Source: an uncultured Gammaproteobacteria bacterium (GTDB lineage Bacteria > Patescibacteriota > Patescibacteriia > Magasanikbacterales > GWA2-37-8). Taken from it: 64,000 nucleotides of DNA. Every line of letters starts with the position of its first letter. Positions within the stretch are counted from its first letter, which is position 1. The DNA is taken from the NCBI GenBank assembly GCA_964355175.1, contig CAYHBZ010000002.1, positions 332,537 to 396,536 on the forward strand, in the 5' to 3' direction. Below are positions 38,448 to 47,296 of the stretch, in pieces. The position numbers and the translations under genes are program-made. The notes under the pieces were generated by a model that was not told the DNA's origin, did no database searches, and saw only the letters and a program-made list of their open reading frames with translations.

Positions 38448-38711
38448 TTAGGCGCGACGACCTCTAAAATAACTGCCCCATTCACGGCGTTTTTGAGCTT
38501 CGGGGTCTTCATCTTTGTCATCGTCTAGTTCTGGTGCGGGTGCACTATATCGGGCCATTACTTCAGATACCGGCGGCATTTTTACCTCTTTGTGAGGTGC
38601 GGTAGGCGACTTGATTTCGGATTTAGATGCATCTGGTTTTAGGGCTAAGTTGCCGTCAAAAGGCAGATCAATTTGTTTTTCATTTCTAGGTGTTGGTTTT
38701 CGCATCGTCAT
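38448..38711 (-). CDS. Small hypothetical protein
   Basis: 87-aa ORF whose start overlaps the upstream stop (ATGA coupling). Confidence 0.55.
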   Translation of the reverse strand: MTMRKPTPRNEKQIDLPFDGNLALKPDASKSEIKSPTAPHKEVKMPPVSEVMARYSAPAPELDDDKDEDPEAQKRREWGSYFRGRRA

Positions 38712-39415
38712 ATTTTTTTAAATTTTAATTTAAAAATAATAACAAAAAATTCTTTAATTTCTTTTTTACCGAGTTTGGATTTGCCGCGCTCCCTATCTTT
38801 AAAGGTAACAGGAATTTCTTCAATTGTAAAGCCGGATTTTTCGGTGCGGTAAAGAAGCTCTTCTTGGAAAGCGTAGCCGTTGCTTTTGATGGTATCCACA
38901 TTAATTTTTTCTAGCACTGCGCGTCGAAAACAGCGGAAGCCGGCAGTGATGTCGTGGGTTTTAAGTCCAAGTATGAAGCGGGCAAAAAACATAGCGCCGT
39001 TGCTCATGAGATGTCGTTTAAAATTCCAGCCAATAATTTTCCCACCTTTAATTTTTCGAGAGCCAATAGCCAAGTCGGCGCCATTTTCACAAGCGGCGAT
39101 AAGGCGCGGCAAATCTTTTGGATCATGCGAAAAATCCGCGTCCATTTCCAGGATTAGCCCGGCATTTAGAGATAGGGCTTTTTTAAAGCCGGCGATATAG
39201 GCACTACCAATACCGAGTTTGCCGTTGCGGCGGACTAAATATAAATCTGGGTACATGGTTTGGGCTTGGGCGACAGCATCGGCGGTTTTATCCGGGGAAT
39301 TATCATCTACCACAATAATTTTTAGATCAGGAATTTTTAATAAAAAAATATCGTTTATCAATTGGACGATATTTTCTTTTTCGTTGTAGGTGGGGATGAC
39401 TATGGCTTTAATCAT
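38708..39415 (-). CDS. Polyprenol monophosphomannose synthase (GT2)
   Basis: VIPTYNE, VDDNSPD, MDADFSHDP, GYAFQ. Confidence 0.92.
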   Translation of the reverse strand: MIKAIVIPTYNEKENIVQLINDIFLLKIPDLKIIVVDDNSPDKTADAVAQAQTMYPDLYLVRRNGKLGIGSAYIAGFKKALSLNAGLILEMDADFSHDPKDLPRLIAACENGADLAIGSRKIKGGKIIGWNFKRHLMSNGAMFFARFILGLKTHDITAGFRCFRRAVLEKINVDTIKSNGYAFQEELLYRTEKSGFTIEEIPVTFKDRERGKSKLGKKEIKEFFVIIFKLKFKKI

Positions 39416-40260
39416 ATTTTTTTCAGGCGTTGTGCGCAGGCTACGGTATTGGCCAACAACAAGGCAACTGTAATCGGGCCGACGCCGCCAGGAGTAGGGG
39501 TAAGGTAAGTGGCTTTTTGGAGTACTTCCTCACGATTGACATCGCCGTACATTTTTCCATTTTCAAAAACAATCCCGGTGTCAATTACGATTGCTCCTTT
39601 TTTTACCATTGCACCAGTCAGTAAATCTTTTTTACCAACACCGGTGACGATGATATCCGCGCCAAAGCATTTGCCTTTTAGATCTTTGGTGCGGCTATTG
39701 CAGGTAGTCACGGTAGCGCCCTCATTGGCCAAAATTATGGCCAGTGGTTTGCCCACGAGCGCACCCATGCCAACAATAGTAATATTTTTGGAAGCAATTT
39801 CTATTTTTAATTCTTTTAAAATTGTAATAACGGCGTAAGGGGTGGGTGGAAAAATATGATTGGTGCGCATCACCAGTTTGCCGATATTGCTGTCGGTAAG
39901 GCAATCGACATCAATCGCTGGATTGACCGCGTTGAGCACGTCTGGGGTATACAATTTTTCTGGAAGAGGTAATTGGATTATCAGGCCGGATAATTTTTCT
40001 TTGGTCTGAATTTTTTTTACTTCCTCTACCAATTTTTTGGCGCTAATACTCGCGGGGAATCTTTTGAGAATGAATTCAATGCCAGCGGCTTGGGCGGCCT
40101 GCTGTTTTTTCATTACATAAGTTTCAGAAGGGCGGTGATTGCCAACCAAAACCACGCCTAGTTTAGGCGTTATTCCTTTTTTATTGAGTTTTTTTACTTC
40201 TAGCGCCAGCTGTTCGCGAATATTATTCGCGATAGCGGTGCCGTCAATTAGTTTTCCCAT
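39412..40260 (-). CDS. folD: Methylenetetrahydrofolate dehydrogenase/cyclohydrolase
   Basis: IIQLPLP, DVDC, VGKPLA, TPTPGGVGPIT. Confidence 0.95.
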   Translation of the reverse strand: MGKLIDGTAIANNIREQLALEVKKLNKKGITPKLGVVLVGNHRPSETYVMKKQQAAQAAGIEFILKRFPASISAKKLVEEVKKIQTKEKLSGLIIQLPLPEKLYTPDVLNAVNPAIDVDCLTDSNIGKLVMRTNHIFPPTPYAVITILKELKIEIASKNITIVGMGALVGKPLAIILANEGATVTTCNSRTKDLKGKCFGADIIVTGVGKKDLLTGAMVKKGAIVIDTGIVFENGKMYGDVNREEVLQKATYLTPTPGGVGPITVALLLANTVACAQRLKKI

Positions 40261-40386
40261 GGGGTTTATATTAGCACCTTTGCCATTTTTTTTCAATTAT
40301 TTGCCTAAAACACCGCTCGTCCCTTTTTATTCCTAAACAAAAAACACTTCAGATTAATTATTTAAAATGAAGTGTTTTTTAATTTG

Positions 40387-40457
40387 TTCCGAGACTTGGA
40401 TTCGAACCAAGATAAATAGCTTCAGAGACTATTGTCCTACCATTAGACGATCTCGGA
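40387..40457 (-). tRNA. tRNA-Gln(CTG)
   Basis: TCCGAGA/TCTCGGA acceptor stem; ATAGT-CTCTGAA-GCTAT anticodon arm. Confidence 0.93.
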
Positions 40458-40470
40458 GTGAATGAGTGAA

Positions 40471-40499
40471 AGGGATTCTTCGTTTCACTCAGAATGACA
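40471..40499 (-). repeat. REP-like unit
   Basis: AGGGATTCTTCGTTTCACTCAGAATGACA. Confidence 0.8.
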
Positions 40500-40536
40500 G
40501 AATGTAGCCTAATTTAACTATATTTTAGGGCTTTTG

Positions 40537-41370
40537 TCAAGATTCTATTGCCGGTCCAGTTTTGAATTTTTGGATTGTTTTGCTTTCTACTACTTTGATT
40601 TGGTTCCATTTCCAGCCGCGGGCCAAAAATGCTTGGGCGCTGGCAATCGGATGTTTGGTATCATGGAAAATATAGTATACGGCCGGACTGGTTCTATCCT
40701 TCATTAATACTTTTGAATCGGTAAATAAGACGCGAGCGGGTCCGTCGGCCTTGTGATTTTTGAAATTAAAATCGTGAAGGGTGTTCATTATCAAATTATA
40801 GCCGTAGCGGTGGTAGGCTCCGGTCACGGGATCGCCACTATCATGTACTAAGAATTCATTGGTATTATCATCAAAACCAACCAGCACCATCACATGAAAA
40901 TAAGAGCCGCCAACTCGCCAATGGTGGTAGGGGTTTTTGATATCTTTGGCATAGTGAAAAGAAATTACCGGTTTTCCTCGACGTAATTGGTCTTTTATTT
41001 CTTCAATCGTTGGATTGTTTTTTATAGTGGCGCTTACCGACAGGTAATCATTGAGCAGTTTGGCGGTGCGCACGGTATCACTATCGGCGTTACTGCCAAA
41101 AATTTTATCTTCAATCTTAAAAATCGGCGTCATGTATTTGACGGCCACAGCTTTGGTCATAGATTCATTGCCGAAATAGTAACTTTCCGCCATCACCATG
41201 CTAGCTTCTTCACAAGCATTGTTCCAAGGTTTGACCCAGCTACCAAGCGGTATCTCTGAGGTATAAGGTACTTTGAGTTTTACGATTTCTTTTTCTTGGG
41301 CGTAGGCGGAGAAGGTCGGGAAAAGGAATGATGTAGAAATTAGGAAAGAGAGAAGAATTTGTTTTTTCAT
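40537..41370 (-). CDS. Secreted C39-like peptidase
   Basis: Signal peptide; VPY.., NACEEAS (Cys), HVMVLVGFD, VHDSG. Confidence 0.8.
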   Translation of the reverse strand: MKKQILLSFLISTSFLFPTFSAYAQEKEIVKLKVPYTSEIPLGSWVKPWNNACEEASMVMAESYYFGNESMTKAVAVKYMTPIFKIEDKIFGSNADSDTVRTAKLLNDYLSVSATIKNNPTIEEIKDQLRRGKPVISFHYAKDIKNPYHHWRVGGSYFHVMVLVGFDDNTNEFLVHDSGDPVTGAYHRYGYNLIMNTLHDFNFKNHKADGPARVLFTDSKVLMKDRTSPAVYYIFHDTKHPIASAQAFLARGWKWNQIKVVESKTIQKFKTGPAIES

Positions 41371-41373
41371 ATT

Positions 41374-42981
41374 TTATATTACTTCGCCGCCAAATTGGTT
41401 AGCCAAATTATTTAGTTCACTGTCGTTATTTGTATCTACTGCCGGTGCGGCAGTGAATTCAGAAATTACTCTTATTCTTTCGCCCAGTGATTTTTCCAGT
41501 TCATCTTCAATCAATTTTTTGCTTTTCATTTCATCTATTTTGTCTTTGTGTATCTGGTATTGAAAAGCGATATGTAAGCCGTCTCCTTCTACCGAATTTA
41601 GCGTGCACATTTTTAAAATAAAAGTTAAAGACGGTATGACTTTGGAAATGGCCGTTACAATTTCAGGCCATTTGGCTTTCACATCCTCCACGGTTGATTT
41701 TGGTGGATTTTTGTGGGTAAAGCTGCCAATAACTGTCTTTATGCTCTCTGTTATATTATACGGTTTTGCTTCAGGTTTAGTTTCAATTTTGGCTTCAAGA
41801 GCGCTAGGTTGAGCTGTAGGAGATGTGGTGTGCGCTGGAGTAGTAGTGTGAGTTGCGGCGGTAGCGACCGGAGTGGTGGATGTGTAAGTAGGCAGAGCTG
41901 AACCAAATTCCACTGCGAATAATTCCAGTGGTAATTGTGGTACTGGCGCTTGTTTGATCTCGCGTTTTCTCAGCAACGCGGATTCGATCATCGTGATAAT
42001 TTTTTGTGCCGGAATTTTTTCTGACAGTTCTTTTATTTGTTTGAGAGTTTCTTTGTCGGTGTTCAAGATATTTTTGATATCATAGCCGGTCTGCGCTATC
42101 AGAGTGCCGCGTAATATATCTATCAGGCTCAGGGTGAATTGTTCCAGATTGGCGCCGCTATTGGTGGCGGAATTAATTTGTTCGATTGCTTTGGCTGTAT
42201 CTGAATTTATGATACTGGACAAAAATTCCAATACCGCTCCAAAATCGGCGGATGGCAAAATCGCTTCGACATCTTTTTCATTTATTTCTTTCAAGTTGGT
42301 CGAAAAAATTTGACCAAGCAAACTTTCGGCATCACGCAGGCCGCCTTCGCTTTTGATAATAATTTTGTTAAGCACCTCTTTACTGACTTTTATTTTTTCT
42401 TCTTTACAAATCATCTCCAGTTTTTTTAGCATTTCCTCGGCTGTAATTTTTTTGAATCCAAAACGCTGACAGCGGGAGATGATCGTGGCTGGCAATTTTT
42501 GCAATTCGGTGGTAGCCAAAATAAATACTACATGAGCGGGTGGCTCTTCGATAGTTTTCAGCAGGGCATTGAAAGCACTACCGGACAACATGTGGACTTC
42601 GTCGATGATAAAAATTTTGTAAGTGGATCTGGTTGGTTTGAATTGCGCGTTGTCGATAATATTTTCACGGACATTGTCGACGCCGGTGTGAGAGGCGGCA
42701 TCAATCTCAATTACATCAATATTATTTCCAGCCGTAATTTCGGTACACGAAGAACATTCATTACATGGTTCAAATGAATCTTTTTTTCTATCGGGGCAGT
42801 TGAGAGCTTTACTCACGAGGCGAGCGGTAGTGGTTTTGCCTACGCCGCGCGGGCCGGTAAATAGATAAGCGTGCGCGATTTTGCCACTACTTATCTCGTT
42901 GGTAAGAGTTTTTACAATATATTCCTGATCGTGCATGTCAGCAAAAGTTTGCGGACGGTATTTTCTATAGATAGTTGTCAT
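41374..42981 (-). CDS. dnaX: DNA polymerase III gamma/tau subunit
   Basis: YRKYRP, GPRGVGKTT, IDEVHML, TIISRCQ. Confidence 0.97.
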   Translation of the reverse strand: MTTIYRKYRPQTFADMHDQEYIVKTLTNEISSGKIAHAYLFTGPRGVGKTTTARLVSKALNCPDRKKDSFEPCNECSSCTEITAGNNIDVIEIDAASHTGVDNVRENIIDNAQFKPTRSTYKIFIIDEVHMLSGSAFNALLKTIEEPPAHVVFILATTELQKLPATIISRCQRFGFKKITAEEMLKKLEMICKEEKIKVSKEVLNKIIIKSEGGLRDAESLLGQIFSTNLKEINEKDVEAILPSADFGAVLEFLSSIINSDTAKAIEQINSATNSGANLEQFTLSLIDILRGTLIAQTGYDIKNILNTDKETLKQIKELSEKIPAQKIITMIESALLRKREIKQAPVPQLPLELFAVEFGSALPTYTSTTPVATAATHTTTPAHTTSPTAQPSALEAKIETKPEAKPYNITESIKTVIGSFTHKNPPKSTVEDVKAKWPEIVTAISKVIPSLTFILKMCTLNSVEGDGLHIAFQYQIHKDKIDEMKSKKLIEDELEKSLGERIRVISEFTAAPAVDTNNDSELNNLANQFGGEVI

Positions 42982-42992
42982 AGGGCTATATT

Positions 42993-45554
42993 CTACAGGG
43001 AAACTTCACTCATATCAATACCAGTAGTTGGCTTGGAAACACCCAGCTGGGCGCGTTCGGCAATTTCGGCTTCCACGATTTCACGCGCGCGTCCATATTT
43101 GAGACGAGAGAGCTCTTTTATCGCTTCGGCCAGTTCTTTATTGCCTGGTTTTGGCGGATAGGTCATCATGTTGAATGGTTTGGCGGCGGTGTTGTCGATC
43201 AATAATTTTGTATAGGCAGTATATTGCTCCACATTTACCAAATCATAGGCGGAGAAAACCGGAGCAAATTCTTTTTGTAAAATATCGGCGTCTTCCACAC
43301 CGATGCGGAAAGAAACAATGGTACCGGCGTTACCAAGTACGGCGTCGCGCACGGCGGATTTGCCTTTGTTATCTTCCAATTGTTTCATGTATTGATGGGC
43401 GATGATTAGTTCAAGACGATATTTACGCGCCTCGGAAAGAATGGTGGCGATAGAATCAGTAATAAAGTTTTGGAACTCATCAATATATAGATAGAAGTCA
43501 TGGCGCTGATCCTCGGGCATATTGGCGCGCTCTAGAGCAGCCATCTGTAATTTGGACACGATAATCATACCCAAAAGATTGGAGTTGATTTCGCCGGTCA
43601 AACCTTTGGCCAGATTTACAATCAAAATTTTCTTTTGATCCATCACTTCACGGAAATTAAAACCGGAATGAGATTGGCCAATAATATTACGCACCATCGC
43701 GTTTTCAGTAAAACGGCCTACTTTGGAAATCAAATAACCCAACATTTCTGATTTGTGAAAATCTGAAGTCTTGGCCATTTCTTTTTCCCAGAAAGCCAGT
43801 ACCACCGGATCGTTTAATTTCTTTTTCCATTTGGCTACATAAGTATCGTCGGTAAACATGCGTGGTACTTCGGCGATAGTGCCTGGAGTCTCCATATCAG
43901 CCATCAAAGTCAACATCACATTGCGCATTTGGTGTTCAAACATCGGGCCGATCATCGATGGGTCCGTCACCATTTTATAGAAGATTGCGATCATTTCCTG
44001 AGTAGCAAAATCTTTTTGTCCCTCGGTTTTTACTTCAAGCATATTCAGCCCTATTGGACGATCGGTATCGGATGGATTGAAATAAATAACATCATCCGCG
44101 CGTTCTTTTGGTACGTGTTGTAACACATATTCGGCAAAGTCACCGTGCGGATCGATAATACAAACACCTTCGCCGTTTTGCACATCCTGGATAGCAAGAT
44201 TTTGGATGAACACGGATTTACCGGAACCAGATTTACCAATGGTATAAAGATGGCGACGACGATCATCACGTTTCATTTTTACTATAATTTCCTGACCGCG
44301 ATAAACCGAACGGCCCAAAATAATACCATCGGTAGGCATGTTGGTTGGTGGGGGAGCTTTGCGTGCGCCGAGCCAGTTGATATGTGGAGTTTCGGTATTT
44401 GGTACTGGCATATGCCAGAGCGAGGCCATCTCTTCGGTATTTACTACCATATAACGATTCGCATCCGGGGAGCGGTAGATGGATTCGCGAATAATTTTAT
44501 TCTGATTTTTTGGTACGGCCGCGCCAAAGGAATTGCCGTAGCGATAGATATTATATTGCGAAAAAGAATTCACGATATTTTCCAAATTCATTTTGGCCTT
44601 TTGTTGGCTGTCGGAGGAGCTCACCAAGCGTACCGTTAATTCCAGCCCGCCGTGAGAAATTTTTTCTTCCATGGTTTTCACCATTTCTTCTTCCATTTGG
44701 GTGAGATGATATTCTTTGGCACCACCATGAGCCGCGTCTTTATTTTTTGGAAAAAGTATTTTACCCCATTTGCTCAGAGAGCGCACAAAGGCACTGCGAC
44801 GAGCGACATATTCAAATTTTTGTCCCTCGCGAATGTCGCGGATCATGTGCACGCCCTGTTTGCGCCATTTGGAGGTGGCCGGACGAACGATATATTGTAA
44901 CAACGCGCCTTCGTTTTCAGATATTTTGCTTAGTGGATTGAGGATCGACAAAAGAGGATCGGCATCCATTTTTTTGAAAGTTTTTAGCGGGAATGCCGAG
45001 CGGCTTTTGAGAAATAAAGAAGCGGCCATGATATGACTCTGTGGTTTGAAAAGATTATAATCGGTTTCCACGGAAATTTCAGCGTGCGGATATTGAGCGT
45101 GAATTTGTTGCTCCACAAAATCTTTCCATTTGTCTGGGATAGCGACATAAAAAGAAATTTTGGCGTCTTTGACTACGATTTCAAAAGACAGGTGATCATT
45201 GCGTCCAAAAAACCATTTGGAAAATCCTTTGTCGGCTTTGAGGCCGGCGATAGCCGAAAACATGGTATCGGCAATGGCAATATATTCGCGGGTCTGAGTA
45301 ATATTTTGTTCGTTGCCGGATTGATTTTGGGTACTGTCACTCTTTTTTTCTTTTGGCACTTTGATCAATATGATGGTGCGATGAAAGGCTTTGCCTTCGT
45401 GATTGGTGGCCTGAAAAATCGCTCGCGCTAAAAATATCAAACCAATAAGCACGGCCCAACCGGCTACAAACAAAAAGCCGGCCAAGAATACAGGCTGTTG
45501 AATTCCATCCGCGAACCAGTTGGATAGGTATGTAAATAGGGAGCCGGAGTCCAT
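42993..45554 (-). CDS. VirD4/TrwB/HerA-like coupling ATPase with N-terminal membrane domain
   Basis: IGKSGSGKS, IDPHGD, YIDEFQNF, LSEARKY, AHQY. Confidence 0.88.
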   Translation of the reverse strand: MDSGSLFTYLSNWFADGIQQPVFLAGFLFVAGWAVLIGLIFLARAIFQATNHEGKAFHRTIILIKVPKEKKSDSTQNQSGNEQNITQTREYIAIADTMFSAIAGLKADKGFSKWFFGRNDHLSFEIVVKDAKISFYVAIPDKWKDFVEQQIHAQYPHAEISVETDYNLFKPQSHIMAASLFLKSRSAFPLKTFKKMDADPLLSILNPLSKISENEGALLQYIVRPATSKWRKQGVHMIRDIREGQKFEYVARRSAFVRSLSKWGKILFPKNKDAAHGGAKEYHLTQMEEEMVKTMEEKISHGGLELTVRLVSSSDSQQKAKMNLENIVNSFSQYNIYRYGNSFGAAVPKNQNKIIRESIYRSPDANRYMVVNTEEMASLWHMPVPNTETPHINWLGARKAPPPTNMPTDGIILGRSVYRGQEIIVKMKRDDRRRHLYTIGKSGSGKSVFIQNLAIQDVQNGEGVCIIDPHGDFAEYVLQHVPKERADDVIYFNPSDTDRPIGLNMLEVKTEGQKDFATQEMIAIFYKMVTDPSMIGPMFEHQMRNVMLTLMADMETPGTIAEVPRMFTDDTYVAKWKKKLNDPVVLAFWEKEMAKTSDFHKSEMLGYLISKVGRFTENAMVRNIIGQSHSGFNFREVMDQKKILIVNLAKGLTGEINSNLLGMIIVSKLQMAALERANMPEDQRHDFYLYIDEFQNFITDSIATILSEARKYRLELIIAHQYMKQLEDNKGKSAVRDAVLGNAGTIVSFRIGVEDADILQKEFAPVFSAYDLVNVEQYTAYTKLLIDNTAAKPFNMMTYPPKPGNKELAEAIKELSRLKYGRAREIVEAEIAERAQLGVSKPTTGIDMSEVSL

Positions 45555-45562
45555 CTTCTTAA

Positions 45563-46081
45563 TTATAATAATTTATCGGATTGTTTTTCTTTTTCCATTT
45601 TGTGTAATTGTACCATGCTGTCGGTTTTTATTTTTGCTTCTTGTTCCAAGAAAAATTTATTGAGACCAGGCAGGACTTTGAGCCAATCGATTATCAAAAG
45701 TAAAATCTTTTTTACTTTTATATGCGTGTCTTGCAAAAGCTCTTTAATTTTTATGGCGGTTTCTTCGCCCTTGATCTTGAATTCTTGCTTGGCAATGGGG
45801 GATAGCTTTATGTATTGATCGGCCAATCCGCTTTCTAATATTTTTTCAATTTTTATTACAGTCGGATCCTGGACTTGGGGTAGGGGTTTGTGGTGTTTTT
45901 TTACGGCCAAAGGAGCGGGACGACGCTGGGCGCCTTCTTGAGTTCTTTTTTTGTCTTCTACCGGAGTATTTTCGGTTTTTTCGTTTTCGTGATTTTGCTC
46001 CTGTTCGGACTGTTCTTGTACATGCAAATCACGCGAGCGAGCAAACTCCTCGCTTAGGTTGTCTAAATTTTTATCATTCAT
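45563..46081 (-). CDS. Hypothetical protein upstream of the coupling ATPase
   Basis: Disordered N-terminus; PGLNKFFLEQEAKIKTD C-terminal segment; 8 bp from the next gene. Confidence 0.7.
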   Translation of the reverse strand: MNDKNLDNLSEEFARSRDLHVQEQSEQEQNHENEKTENTPVEDKKRTQEGAQRRPAPLAVKKHHKPLPQVQDPTVIKIEKILESGLADQYIKLSPIAKQEFKIKGEETAIKIKELLQDTHIKVKKILLLIIDWLKVLPGLNKFFLEQEAKIKTDSMVQLHKMEKEKQSDKLL

Positions 46082-46168
46082 AGTTGGGAATATTATACCA
46101 TTATTTTTATTAAAACAAAAGCAAAGCATCTCGGGTTGTGGATTGTTCGTGGCTCCGTTTTATGGTAT

Positions 46169-46354
46169 AATTATTTTAAGAAATAAATCTAATAATTTTT
46201 ACCTGATAAAAGTTCGCATAATTGGCTATAAATTTTCGTTATGGCCCTAAGGGTAGGGCCATTGCCCTATCGGGCATCACTCAAATTTATTTACGCCAAT
46301 TAGGGGCTCACTTTTATGCGGTAAAAATTATTAAATTTATTTCTTAAAATAATT
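46169..46354. repeat. Fold-back element family A, copy 1
   Basis: Nested inverted repeats; about 140-bp core nearly identical to 54102-54242. Confidence 0.9.
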
Positions 46355-46369
46355 GTCAACTTTAAAATA

Positions 46370-47296
46370 ATGAAAAATATTTACGAATTAGAACATCAGG
46401 GGATGTTGTGGGTGAATGTCACCAAACAGGGTGAAAAAGAATTGCAGGAAATTCAGCGTCGTTTTGGTTTTGATAAGATTGATATTATGGAAAGCATGCC
46501 GCCATATCAGCGGCCAAAGATTGTGAAACGTGCCAATTACTGTTTTATGATTTTGCATTTTCCGGTTTTTGACAGAGAAACCAGGCGTTTGGGTTATACG
46601 GAGGTAGATTTTTTCTTGAGCAAAAATTGTCTGGTGACCGTGCATGATAATAAATTATTATCGATTGATAACCTGATGGTAGAATGCCGAAAAAATCTAG
46701 CCAGTCGCGATGAATTTTTTTCTATTTCGGCGGCCCATATGTTGTTTGAATTGCTGACTAGACTGCTTGATTCTATTTTTCCGATTTTATTGCATGTCAA
46801 TGACGATATCAATTTGGTAGACAGAAAATTATTTACCAAAATTTCCGGTCGTGAAATGGCTGAAGAAATTTTGCGTCTCAAAACCAATGTGGTAACTTTC
46901 CGTCGTACCATGCAGGGACACAAGACGGTACTAGAACGACTGGTAATGTATTGTGGTCGAGAATACAATCTAAATGTTTTTCAAAATTATCTTAATTCGT
47001 CGCGTGAATTTACCAATGAGATCTGGCATATGATTGAGAGCCAGCGTGAAACTATTGACGCTCTGCACGAAGCCAACGAGTCTCTGCTGACTCTGCGAAC
47101 AAATAATATCATGAGAATTTTGACGGTCATTTCAGTTATTACTTTTCCGCTCACATTGTTGGCCACAATTTTTGGTATTCATACGCCGGCTAATCCGTTT
47201 TTGGATCTTATTGGTGGTTTTTGGATTATAATTTCCTTAATGTTGGTCATGGCGATGGGAATGTATTGGAATTTCAAAAAGAGGGATTGGGTTTAA
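46370..47296 (+). CDS. corA: CorA-family Mg/Co transporter
   Basis: QRPKI, TNNIMRILT, two C-terminal TMs; GMN motif replaced by GIH. Confidence 0.85.
   Translation: MKNIYELEHQGMLWVNVTKQGEKELQEIQRRFGFDKIDIMESMPPYQRPKIVKRANYCFMILHFPVFDRETRRLGYTEVDFFLSKNCLVTVHDNKLLSIDNLMVECRKNLASRDEFFSISAAHMLFELLTRLLDSIFPILLHVNDDINLVDRKLFTKISGREMAEEILRLKTNVVTFRRTMQGHKTVLERLVMYCGREYNLNVFQNYLNSSREFTNEIWHMIESQRETIDALHEANESLLTLRTNNIMRILTVISVITFPLTLLATIFGIHTPANPFLDLIGGFWIIISLMLVMAMGMYWNFKKRDWV

Noticed and set aside
42993-45554. Conjugative element
   Set aside because: No relaxase, VirB4 or integrase nearby; host-like composition and adjacent to dnaX
46169-46354. 6S RNA, SRP RNA or hammerhead ribozyme identity for the fold-back elements
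   Set aside because: Multi-copy; no large central bubble, no SRP helix-8 motif, no CUGANGA core
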